Positions 33,394-41,485 of a stretch of 64,000 nt of DNA are shown here, piece after piece. Position 1 is the stretch's first letter, and each line of letters opens with the position of its first letter. A program made the translations under genes and the position numbers. Origin of the DNA: Acidimicrobiales bacterium (GTDB lineage Bacteria; Actinomycetota; Acidimicrobiia; Acidimicrobiales; Bin134); contig OZ242355.1 in the NCBI GenBank assembly GCA_965208805.1, positions 2,760,982 to 2,824,981 on the forward strand, written 5' to 3'. The notes under the pieces were generated by a model that saw only the letters and a program-made list of their open reading frames with translations, ran no database searches and was not told the origin of the DNA.

Positions 33394-33885
33394 ATGACCT
33401 ACCCAAACACACTCATCTTCGTTGACTTCCCCTCCGATGACCCCGAGGCGTCAGCCGCCTTCTACCACGAGGTGTTCGGCTGGGAGGTGGAGCCCCGCCC
33501 CGCCGGCGTGTTCCACCGGATCGTGCCCGGACAGAACTTCCAGTTGGACGACGGCTCGCAGAGCGAAATCGGCAACTTGCACATGGGGATCCACAACGCG
33601 GCCAACGCCCGCCCCCATCCCGACCCCGCCGGAGTCGATCCCCGCGGCCTGTCGCAAGATGGGCGCACCGTGCGGATCTGGATCCTGGTGAGCGACGACG
33701 ACTCCTCCGACGCCATCATGGACCGGGCCATAGCCCGGGGGGCCACAGAGCTGTGGCGCGACCACTATTGGGCCGAGTTCAACGGGTTCAACGCCGCCTT
33801 CAAAGACCCGTGGGGCAACACGCTCATCCTGTGGACCAAGGCCGGCGACGACCCCCAGATCCCCGACGGCTGGACCGACGAGTAA
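33394..33885 (+). CDS. VOC (glyoxalase/bleomycin-resistance/dioxygenase) family protein
   Basis: ATG at 33394, 163 aa. FVDFPSDDPEASAAFYHEVFGWEV and ...FKDPWGNTLILW are typical beta-alpha-beta-beta-beta VOC module ends. Confidence 0.7.
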   Translation: MTYPNTLIFVDFPSDDPEASAAFYHEVFGWEVEPRPAGVFHRIVPGQNFQLDDGSQSEIGNLHMGIHNAANARPHPDPAGVDPRGLSQDGRTVRIWILVSDDDSSDAIMDRAIARGATELWRDHYWAEFNGFNAAFKDPWGNTLILWTKAGDDPQIPDGWTDE

Positions 33886-33892
33886 AGCTGCC

Positions 33893-34381
33893 GTGGCCGA
33901 TCACGACCCCGTCTACGACGTCCACCCCCCGGACCCCCGCTGGACCCACATCGCCCTGCGGGTGGCCGACATGGATGCCACCATCGACTGGTACACCACC
34001 CACACCCCGATGCGGCTGCTCGACCGGCGGGAAGACCACATGGGCTACGGGGCCTGGCTGGGCCACGGCGACTCCGCCGACTCGCCGTTCATCCTGGTGC
34101 TGGCCCAGTTTTTCCCCGAGACCGATCCGTTCAAAGACTCGCCCATGGCCAAGCTGGCCCCCTTCGCCCATCTGGGCATAGAGCTGACCAGCCGTGAGGC
34201 GGTGGAGGAAACCGCAGCCAAGGGCAGCGCCGAAGGGTGTCTGGCCATGCCCCCCACCGACATGCCGCCCCCCATCGGCTACATCTGCATGCTGGCCGAC
34301 CCCGACGGGAACATGGTTGAGTTCTCCTACGACCAGGGCGTTTACGCCCTTGCCCGCCAACTGGCCCAGCAGCAAAGCTGA
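33893..34381 (+). CDS. VOC family protein (second copy)
   Basis: 162 aa with a GTG start. WTHIALRVADMDATIDWY ... HLGIELTSREAV ... LADPDGNMVEF follow the VOC pattern. Confidence 0.7.
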   Translation: MADHDPVYDVHPPDPRWTHIALRVADMDATIDWYTTHTPMRLLDRREDHMGYGAWLGHGDSADSPFILVLAQFFPETDPFKDSPMAKLAPFAHLGIELTSREAVEETAAKGSAEGCLAMPPTDMPPPIGYICMLADPDGNMVEFSYDQGVYALARQLAQQQS

Positions 34382-34403
34382 AGCACCTGCCTTCTCGTTC
34401 CCA

Positions 34404-34688
34404 GTGAGCAATCCCACCAGCCTGACCATCATCTTCAGAGGCCAGCGCCGAACGATGGACTACATCGAAGGCGATACGGTGCTCGAATCTGCCCGGCGGG
34501 CCGGGCTCAACCCGCCGTTCTCCTGTGAGGCCGGCAACTGCGCCACCTGCATGGCCTTTCTCCAGGAGGGCAGCGTCACCATGCGGGCCAACGAGGCCTT
34601 GGAGCCCGACGAGGTAGAGGAGGGATTCATCCTCACCTGCCAATCAGTCCCCGACTGTGACGCCATCGTGGACTACGACAGCCTGTAA
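34404..34688 (+). CDS. Plant-type [2Fe-2S] ferredoxin
   Basis: GTG at 34404, in frame with ORF 34194..34688. The cysteine motif is FSCEAGNCATCMAF ... ILTCQSVP. Confidence 0.8.
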   Translation: MSNPTSLTIIFRGQRRTMDYIEGDTVLESARRAGLNPPFSCEAGNCATCMAFLQEGSVTMRANEALEPDEVEEGFILTCQSVPDCDAIVDYDSL

Positions 34689-34696
34689 TCCTCACT

Positions 34697-35842
34697 GTGA
34701 TGGATCCCGAGACTTTTCGCCGCGACTTGGGAGCTTGGCTCGACGACAACGCCAACGATCTCACTCCGCCGTATGAAGGCATCGGTTCGATGGACGCCCA
34801 CATGGCGCACTACTCCCATGTGAAGCGAGCCCTCTTCGACAGCGGATTCGGCCGCTACGGATGGCCGGAATCGGTGGGCGGACTCGGCGGCTCGCCGTTG
34901 CTGCGGGCCATCATCGGCGAGGAGATCAACTTCCGCGACCTCGCCGACCCCAACGCCTGGACAATGATCGAGGTGCTGGCCCCCACGGTGATCGACTTCG
35001 CCCCGCCCGAGCTCTCCGCCCGTCTCGTGCCGCCCTTCCTGCGGGGCGATGAGATGTGGTGCCAGGGGTTCTCCGAACCGGATGCGGGCAGCGATTTGGC
35101 CTCCCTCTCGTGCCGAGCGGCCGAAACCGACGGCGGTTGGGTGGTCAACGGCCAAAAGATCTGGACCAGTTTTATTGAGTACTCCCAGCGCTGCGTGCTC
35201 CTCGTCCGCACCGGCGAGCCGGAAAGCGCCCACCGGGGGATCACCGCCCTGTTGGTGGACATCGACTCACCGGGCATCGGCTATAGCCCGATTGAGACCA
35301 TGCATGGTCGACGGGACTTCGCCGAGGTGCACTTCGACGACGTGTTCGTGCCCGCTGACCGGCTTCTCGGCGAGGTGAACGGGGGCTGGCAGGTGGCCAT
35401 GGACATCCTCCCCTACGAGCGGTCCACCACGTTCTGGCACCGGGGCGCTCTTTTGCACCGGCGCTTCTCCGATCTAGTGGCCCAGGTATCGGCTGCCGGC
35501 AACCGCGGCGACGCAGCGGCCAAATCCCTGGGCCAAGCGTTCCAGTGGATTGTCGCCTTCCGAAGCCGATCCCGCGACACCCAGCACCAGCTCGCCGCCG
35601 GCGAACAGCTCGGCGTGGAGACCTCGGTGGACAAGATTCTCATCACCTCCGCCGAGCAACAGCTATTCGAGACGGCCCGCGACCTGCTGCCCGGCGTGAT
35701 GGAGTTCGACGACGGCCTCGCGGCTGCGTTGTGGCGCAATGACTACCTCTACTCCAAGGCCGCCACCATCTACGGAGGCACTGCCGAGATCCAACGCAAT
35801 ATCGTCGCCCGGCGTCTCTTGGATCTGGGGCCGGAATCATGA
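34697..35842 (+). CDS. Acyl-CoA dehydrogenase (alpha-type subunit of a probable heteromeric pair)
   Basis: 381 aa. It has the ACAD middle-domain motif CQGFSEPDAGSDLASL and a C-terminal IYGGTAEIQRNIVARRLL block. Confidence 0.9.
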   Translation: MMDPETFRRDLGAWLDDNANDLTPPYEGIGSMDAHMAHYSHVKRALFDSGFGRYGWPESVGGLGGSPLLRAIIGEEINFRDLADPNAWTMIEVLAPTVIDFAPPELSARLVPPFLRGDEMWCQGFSEPDAGSDLASLSCRAAETDGGWVVNGQKIWTSFIEYSQRCVLLVRTGEPESAHRGITALLVDIDSPGIGYSPIETMHGRRDFAEVHFDDVFVPADRLLGEVNGGWQVAMDILPYERSTTFWHRGALLHRRFSDLVAQVSAAGNRGDAAAKSLGQAFQWIVAFRSRSRDTQHQLAAGEQLGVETSVDKILITSAEQQLFETARDLLPGVMEFDDGLAAALWRNDYLYSKAATIYGGTAEIQRNIVARRLLDLGPES

Positions 35843-36816
35843 GCCAGTTCATCGACGCCGACGATCTGGCCTTGCTGGCCTCAAGCTTCGAGGCGGCCAT
35901 GGCCGACGCCCCGGGACCCTCGGAGGCCGACCAGGCGCTGTACGACCTCGGGTGGGCTGAGCTTCTCACCTCCGCCCCCGGCCAAGGGGCGGCCACCGCG
36001 TTCAACGCCCTCGGCGCCACCGGTTCGGCGGCCAGCTTGCTTGACGACGTGGTGGTCAATGCGCTCGGTGCCGAGGCCGCACTCCAGTCCTGCTGTGTAT
36101 TCCCCGCCCCCCATAAGGCCGATGTCCCCGGCCACCTTCGAGGCGAAACAGTGATGGTCGACGGACTGTTGTCAGCCCGAACAGAGACAGCGGTCACCGC
36201 AGTGCTGGGCATGGGGACCGAGAACGGCGTCGGCCTTTTCGCGGTTGATGCGGGGCTGCTCCACGGCCCAGCCGTCGATGGCATCGATCCCGGACGCGCC
36301 TATCGCCGGGTAGTCGTGGAGATCCCGGCTGAGGCTTTGGAACCGACCGCTGCCGAGGGGAGGTGGGAGTCGGCTGTTGCCGCCGCCCGGGTGGCGCTAG
36401 CCCACCAGCTTCTCGGCGGGGCCCGCTGGATGCTGGGCGAAGCCCGCCAGCATGCCATAGACCGAGCGCAGTTCGGCCGCCCGGTGGCGCAGTTCCAGGC
36501 CATCCGCCACAAGTTGGCCGAGTCGCTGGTGCAGATCGAAGGGGCGGCATCGGTGGCCGGGGCGTGCCTGCACGACCCCAACCCAATGCTGGCCGCGCTG
36601 GCCAAGTCGTTGGCCGGCCAGGCCGCGCGCACCACTGCGACCCACGCCCAGCAGGTGCTGGCCGGCATTGGATTCACCGCCGAGCACCGCTTCCACCTGT
36701 GGCTCAAGCGGATGCTGGTGGTGGACACCCTGTTCGGGTCGGCCAGCTCGATCCCTGCCGAGATCGGCCACCAACTGCTGGCCAGTGGCCAGGCACCCCG
36801 TCTTATCCAGCTTTGA
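35839..36816 (+). CDS. Acyl-CoA dehydrogenase-family protein (shorter, beta-type partner)
   Basis: 325 aa, ATGA overlap with the upstream ACAD. An ACAD C-terminal helical domain pattern is present (AIDRAQFGRPVAQFQAIRHKLAE), but the N-terminal/middle domain motifs are weak. Confidence 0.75.
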   Translation: MSQFIDADDLALLASSFEAAMADAPGPSEADQALYDLGWAELLTSAPGQGAATAFNALGATGSAASLLDDVVVNALGAEAALQSCCVFPAPHKADVPGHLRGETVMVDGLLSARTETAVTAVLGMGTENGVGLFAVDAGLLHGPAVDGIDPGRAYRRVVVEIPAEALEPTAAEGRWESAVAAARVALAHQLLGGARWMLGEARQHAIDRAQFGRPVAQFQAIRHKLAESLVQIEGAASVAGACLHDPNPMLAALAKSLAGQAARTTATHAQQVLAGIGFTAEHRFHLWLKRMLVVDTLFGSASSIPAEIGHQLLASGQAPRLIQL

Positions 36817-36832
36817 CCACCAAGGAGGACCC

Positions 36833-37852
36833 ATGGGCCGAGAGGACTACGCCAAGTACGCCACTAGCTGGTCGGCCCCCGACTACACCGTGGACGAGAA
36901 CGGCAAGGTGGTGGGCGGCTATGAGCCCGAAGGGCCCAACAACTGGGGACGCTGGGGCGATGGCGACCAGATCGGCACCCAGAATCTGATCGGCCCCGAG
37001 CAGCGAGTTCGTGCCGCCTCACTAGTGCAGTCGGGCAAAGTGTTCTCGCTGGCCCTTCCTATTGACGCCAGCGGCCCCCGCTTCCATACCCGGCCGGCCC
37101 CGCTGCACTGGTTCATGATGGCCGGGTCCGACCAGGTGGTGGGCTCCCCCTACAGCGCCGCCGATCCCGACTTCCAGTGGAACGACGACATGTTCCAGAT
37201 GCCCCTCCAGGGCTCCACCCAGTGGGACGGCTTCGCCCATGTGATCTACCGGGACACGATGTACAACGGCTATTGGGCTGGCAATGTCACCGCTTTCGGG
37301 GGCGCATCGGTGCTGGGCATCGAAAACCACCGGGAGAGCTTCGTGGGCCGGGCGGTGCTGTTGGACCTGCCCCGCTCCGAAGGCCGTGACCCGCTGGCCC
37401 CGGCCACGGTCATCGACTCGGCCATGCTGGATCGCTGTGTCGAACGCCAGGAAAGCTCAGTTGAAGCCGGGGACATCGCTTTGATTCGCACCGGACACCT
37501 CGCATTGTGGGACCCGGCGTTTACCCCCGAGCAGCAGATGGAGTATTTCAACGGGTCTCCGGGATTCGGAGTGGATGCCCTCAACTGGTGTGACCGCAAC
37601 GACATCTCCGCGGTGGCGGCCGACACCATTGGCGTGGAGGTGCTGGTGCCCGAAGACCCCGAGGACCGCAAACATCCCGTCCACTGCGGGGCGCTGGTGG
37701 ACCGGGGGCTCCCCCTGGGCGAGTTCTGGGTGCTGGACGAGCTGGCCGCCGACTGCGCCGCCGACGGCCGCTATGAATTCATGCTGGTTGCCCCGCCGCT
37801 CAATATCCCCGGCGCGGTCGGATCACCCCTCAATCCGATCGCCATCAAGTAG
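36833..37852 (+). CDS. Cyclase-family protein (kynurenine formamidase-like fold), paralogue 1
   Basis: ATG at 36833 preceded by AAGGAGGA. NWGRWGDGDQIGTQNLI... and QWDGFAHV are shared with the paralogue at 51131..52069 (NWGRWGDDDELGTLNHI). Confidence 0.8.
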   Translation: MGREDYAKYATSWSAPDYTVDENGKVVGGYEPEGPNNWGRWGDGDQIGTQNLIGPEQRVRAASLVQSGKVFSLALPIDASGPRFHTRPAPLHWFMMAGSDQVVGSPYSAADPDFQWNDDMFQMPLQGSTQWDGFAHVIYRDTMYNGYWAGNVTAFGGASVLGIENHRESFVGRAVLLDLPRSEGRDPLAPATVIDSAMLDRCVERQESSVEAGDIALIRTGHLALWDPAFTPEQQMEYFNGSPGFGVDALNWCDRNDISAVAADTIGVEVLVPEDPEDRKHPVHCGALVDRGLPLGEFWVLDELAADCAADGRYEFMLVAPPLNIPGAVGSPLNPIAIK

Positions 37853-37875
37853 GCGCCAAACAGCCCCTTCGCACT

Positions 37876-38850
37876 TCACTCCCCCGGGAACCGCAGACCG
37901 ATCTGGTCGCGGATCTGGTCGAGGGTGCCCATGATCGACAGTGTCTCGGCGTGGGAGATCACCGGGCTCTCCAGCTCACCGGCGGCCAAGCAGCGGTGGA
38001 ACTCCTCCACCTGGAAGCGGAGGCCGTCGCCCTCCCACGAGCCGTCGATCTCTTCTCTTTCAAACCCCCGCACAACCGTCAGCGATCCGGGGCAGTGCAT
38101 GAACGCGGGGATCTCAATTGTGCCCTCAGTTCCGGCGATGCGAGCGGTGCAGCCCAGGTTGGTGGCGATGGCCGCCTTCACCACCGCCAATTCGCCCCCG
38201 GCGTGGCCCAAGACGGCGGCTACTTGCTCATCCACCCTGGTCTGGCCGATGCAGCCCTGGGCCGCCACGCTGGTGGGGGTGCCCAGCACCAGCGAAGCGA
38301 ACTGCACGGGATACACCCCCAGATCGAGAATCCCCCCGCCGCCTCGCTCGGGGTCGTAGAGCCGGTGGTCGGGGTCGAACGGCTGGTGGAAGCCGAAGTC
38401 GGCCTCCACCAATTGGGGCTCGCCGATGGCCTGCTCCTCCAGCAGATCGGCCAATACCCGATAGGCAGGGAGAAATCGGCTCCACATGGCCTCCATCAAC
38501 AGCAGGCCCCGCTCCCGGGCGGCGTCGATCATCCGCTGGCTCTGGGCTAGGTTGAGCGCAAACGGCTTCTCGCACAGTACGGGCTTGCCCGCCTCCAAGA
38601 ACATGAGCGTGTCCTGTTCATGACGGGACTGGGGTGTGGCCACATACACCGCGTCTACGTCAGGGTCGGCGGCCAGATCCTCGTAGCTGCCGTAAGACGC
38701 TGAGGCCTCATATTTGGCGGCGAAGTCCCTGGCCCGGTCGGCCGAGCGCGAGCCAATGGCGTAGATCTCGGCGTCATCCAGCAACTGAAGGCCGTTGGCA
38801 AACCCAACGGCGATACCTCCCGGCCCGGCAATTCCCCATCGAACGGTCAT
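37876..38850 (-). CDS. Gfo/Idh/MocA-family NAD(P)-dependent oxidoreductase
   Basis: 324 aa. It has an N-terminal Rossmann VRWGIAGPGGIA and the family motif CEKPFALN. Confidence 0.85.
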   Translation of the reverse strand: MTVRWGIAGPGGIAVGFANGLQLLDDAEIYAIGSRSADRARDFAAKYEASASYGSYEDLAADPDVDAVYVATPQSRHEQDTLMFLEAGKPVLCEKPFALNLAQSQRMIDAARERGLLLMEAMWSRFLPAYRVLADLLEEQAIGEPQLVEADFGFHQPFDPDHRLYDPERGGGGILDLGVYPVQFASLVLGTPTSVAAQGCIGQTRVDEQVAAVLGHAGGELAVVKAAIATNLGCTARIAGTEGTIEIPAFMHCPGSLTVVRGFEREEIDGSWEGDGLRFQVEEFHRCLAAGELESPVISHAETLSIMGTLDQIRDQIGLRFPGE

Positions 38851-38861
38851 GGCCGGACGCT

Positions 38862-38966
38862 ACCGCGACAAGGGCCGTTGAAAGGCATTCCCCTACATCT
38901 GCTCGGGCGTGCGGTGCTGCCAATACCTCTCACCGCGACAAGGGCCGTTGAAAGGCATTCCCCTAC
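38862..38966. repeat. Two perfect 35-bp direct repeats separated by a 35-bp spacer in a divergent promoter
   Basis: ACCGCGACAAGGGCCGTTGAAAGGCATTCCCCTAC occurs at 38862-38896 and again at 38932-38966, a 70-bp period. Each copy can fold as AGGG-GCC/gttgaaa/GGC-att-CCCT. The pair fills most of the 138-bp gap between starts 38850 (-) and 38989 (+). Confidence 0.8.
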
Positions 38967-38988
38967 TCTGTGCCGACTGGAGGTACCG

Positions 38989-41481
38989 ATGAGATCGTCG
39001 TTCAACGCGGGCTGGGCAGTACGACCCAAGCAAAACCCGTTCTCGGAGTTGACGGGTCCAAAGGGCACGCCCGAGCCGGTGATGCTGCCCCACGACGCGA
39101 TGATCGGCACCGAACGGGATCCCTCCGCTTCCCACGACATCGCCTATTTTCCCGGCGGGGTGTGGGAGTACTCCAAGCGGTTTGAGGCTCCGGCCGAGTG
39201 GAGCGATCGCCGGGTCGCCCTTCAATTCGAGGGCGTGTACCGCGATGCCATGGTCTATGTGAACGACGACTTTGCCGCTTCCGAGCCCAATGGCTACTCC
39301 GAGTTCATCGTCGACCTCGACCCGTTCTTGCGCTACGGCGAAGAGAACACCATCAAAGTTGATTGCCGAGCTGGCGAGGATTCCCGGTGGTATTCCGGGG
39401 CGGGCATCTACCGGCCCGTACATCTGTGGGTGCAGAACCCAGTACACCTGGACATCGACGGCGTGTGGGTCACCACGCCGGAGATCGACGATCACGGCGC
39501 GGTGGTGGAGGTGGCCGCCGAAGTGCAGAACACCACCGCCCGCACGGTGACGGTGCGAATGGCCTGCGAACTACGCGACCCTGCTGGCGAGACGGTGGCC
39601 TCGGGCAACGTCCCGGTGACGCTGCGCCCCCACACCACGGTGATCGCCCGACAGCGGCTGGCGGTGGCCAACCCGGCCCGATGGAGTACCGACCAGCCCA
39701 ACCTGTACTCCTGCACCACCGCACTGGCCCGAAGCGACGATGAAGCTGCCGAACTGGACCGCGATGTCACCGCCTTCGGCATCCGATCGCTCCAGCTCGA
39801 CCCCGACCACGGGCTGCGGATCAACGGCGAGACGGTGAAGCTGCGGGGTGCCTGCGTTCACCACGACAACGGGCCCATCGGCGCCGCCACCATCAGCCGG
39901 GCCGAGGAGCGCCGGGTGGAACTGTTGAAGGCGGCCGGGTTCAACGCCCTGCGCAGCGCCCACAACCCGATGAGCCGGGCCATGCTCGATGCTTGCGACC
40001 GCCTCGGTGTGATCGTGATGGACGAGACCTGGGACATGTGGACCGAGAACAAGGTGAACCACGACTACGCCCTGCGGTTTGAAGACCGATGGCGAAACGA
40101 TGTCGCCACCCTGGTGCGCAAAGACCGCAATCATCCCAGCGTGGTGCTCTACTCCACCGGCAACGAGATCCCCGATGTCGGCTCGCCCCTCGGTGCGGCC
40201 CGAGCCCGCGACATCGCCGAGCACGTCCGCTTTCTAGACCCCCACCGCTACGTCACCACCGGTGTCCAGCCGATGCTGGCCATTCGCGGGCTGATCGCCA
40301 GGATTCCCGAGATCCTCGGGTTTGTGGAATCACCGGACTCCTCCGATGGGGACGAGCCACCATCCACCGAAGAGGCCGAATCGCAAGGGGTGAACACCCA
40401 GATGGCCATGTGGGCCATGGTGAAGGACCAGGTCATGCGGGATCCGATCATCGCAGAGGGCATCGAGGAGGTATCGGCCTCGCTTGATGTGGTGGGTTAC
40501 AACTACGTCTCCAACCGCTATCTCCTGGATCACGAGCTGTATCCCAACCGGGTGATCGTCGGCTCCGAGACCAATGTGACCGACCTGGGCCGAGACTGGC
40601 CGGTCATCAGCGCCCATCCCCATCTGATCGGGGACTTCACCTGGACCGGCTGGGACTACCTGGGCGAGGTGGGCATCGGCCGAGTCGGCTACGACGACGA
40701 AGACCCAGTGGATCGAGGCGTTCCCGGCGTGGTCGCACCATTTCCCTGGCTCGTCGCCCACACCGGCGACATCCACATCACTGGGGTTCGGCGTCCGGCC
40801 TCCTACTACCGGGAGATCGTCTTCGGTCTTCGCCGAGAGCCCTACATCGCGGTGCAGCGTCCGGAAAATGCCCACAAGCAGGTCGCCTACTCCGGCCCGT
40901 GGTCGTGGAGCGACTCCGTCGACAGCTGGTCGTGGGACGGATACGAGGAAACCACGGTGGCCGTCGAGGTGTACTCGGCCGACGACGAAGTCGAGCTGGT
41001 GCTCAATGGCAAGACCCTCGGCCGACAGCCCATCGACGAATTCCAAACCAAGTTCACGGTCGCCTACGAACCGGGCGAGTTGGTAGGCATCGCCTACAGC
41101 AACGGTGAAGAAACGGCCCGAACCGCGCTGAGAACCGCCTCCGGTCCGCTGCACCTTGAGGTTGAGGCCGACCGCACCGAACTCACCGATGGTGATACCG
41201 ACTTGGCCTACGTCTCCGTACGCCTAACTGATGCCAACGGGGTCGTGAACCCGGTGGCGAACCGGCCGATAGAAGTGACCGTGGAGGGCCCCGGAGTGAT
41301 TCAAGGCTTCGCCAGCGCCGACCACCAGTCCACCGAGCCTCTTGGATCGTCCACCTGCTCCACCTACGACGGTCAAGCCCTGGCCGTGATCCGCCCTACC
41401 GGCCCCGGAGTTGTCGAACTCACCTTCACCGCCGACGGCCTCGACCCCACTGCCTGCCGCCTCATCGTGAGCGAAGGCTGA
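38989..41481 (+). CDS. Glycoside hydrolase family 2 (beta-galactosidase/beta-glucuronidase-like)
   Basis: ATG at 38989 preceded by TGGAGG. It has an N-terminal sugar-binding domain, a TIM-barrel block NALRSAHNPMSRAMLDACDRLGVIVMDE and acid/base region YSTGNEIPD. The upstream 37 codons of ORF 38878 lie in the repeat region and are not counted. Confidence 0.85.
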   Translation: MRSSFNAGWAVRPKQNPFSELTGPKGTPEPVMLPHDAMIGTERDPSASHDIAYFPGGVWEYSKRFEAPAEWSDRRVALQFEGVYRDAMVYVNDDFAASEPNGYSEFIVDLDPFLRYGEENTIKVDCRAGEDSRWYSGAGIYRPVHLWVQNPVHLDIDGVWVTTPEIDDHGAVVEVAAEVQNTTARTVTVRMACELRDPAGETVASGNVPVTLRPHTTVIARQRLAVANPARWSTDQPNLYSCTTALARSDDEAAELDRDVTAFGIRSLQLDPDHGLRINGETVKLRGACVHHDNGPIGAATISRAEERRVELLKAAGFNALRSAHNPMSRAMLDACDRLGVIVMDETWDMWTENKVNHDYALRFEDRWRNDVATLVRKDRNHPSVVLYSTGNEIPDVGSPLGAARARDIAEHVRFLDPHRYVTTGVQPMLAIRGLIARIPEILGFVESPDSSDGDEPPSTEEAESQGVNTQMAMWAMVKDQVMRDPIIAEGIEEVSASLDVVGYNYVSNRYLLDHELYPNRVIVGSETNVTDLGRDWPVISAHPHLIGDFTWTGWDYLGEVGIGRVGYDDEDPVDRGVPGVVAPFPWLVAHTGDIHITGVRRPASYYREIVFGLRREPYIAVQRPENAHKQVAYSGPWSWSDSVDSWSWDGYEETTVAVEVYSADDEVELVLNGKTLGRQPIDEFQTKFTVAYEPGELVGIAYSNGEETARTALRTASGPLHLEVEADRTELTDGDTDLAYVSVRLTDANGVVNPVANRPIEVTVEGPGVIQGFASADHQSTEPLGSSTCSTYDGQALAVIRPTGPGVVELTFTADGLDPTACRLIVSEG

Positions 41482-41485
41482 TCTT

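Noticed and set aside
38862-38966. Calling the 35-bp repeat / 35-bp spacer / 35-bp repeat structure a CRISPR array.
   Set aside because: There are only two repeats and one spacer, no cas genes in the window, and the structure sits inside a 138-bp divergent promoter. The geometry is noted as a finding, but a CRISPR feature call is not supportable.
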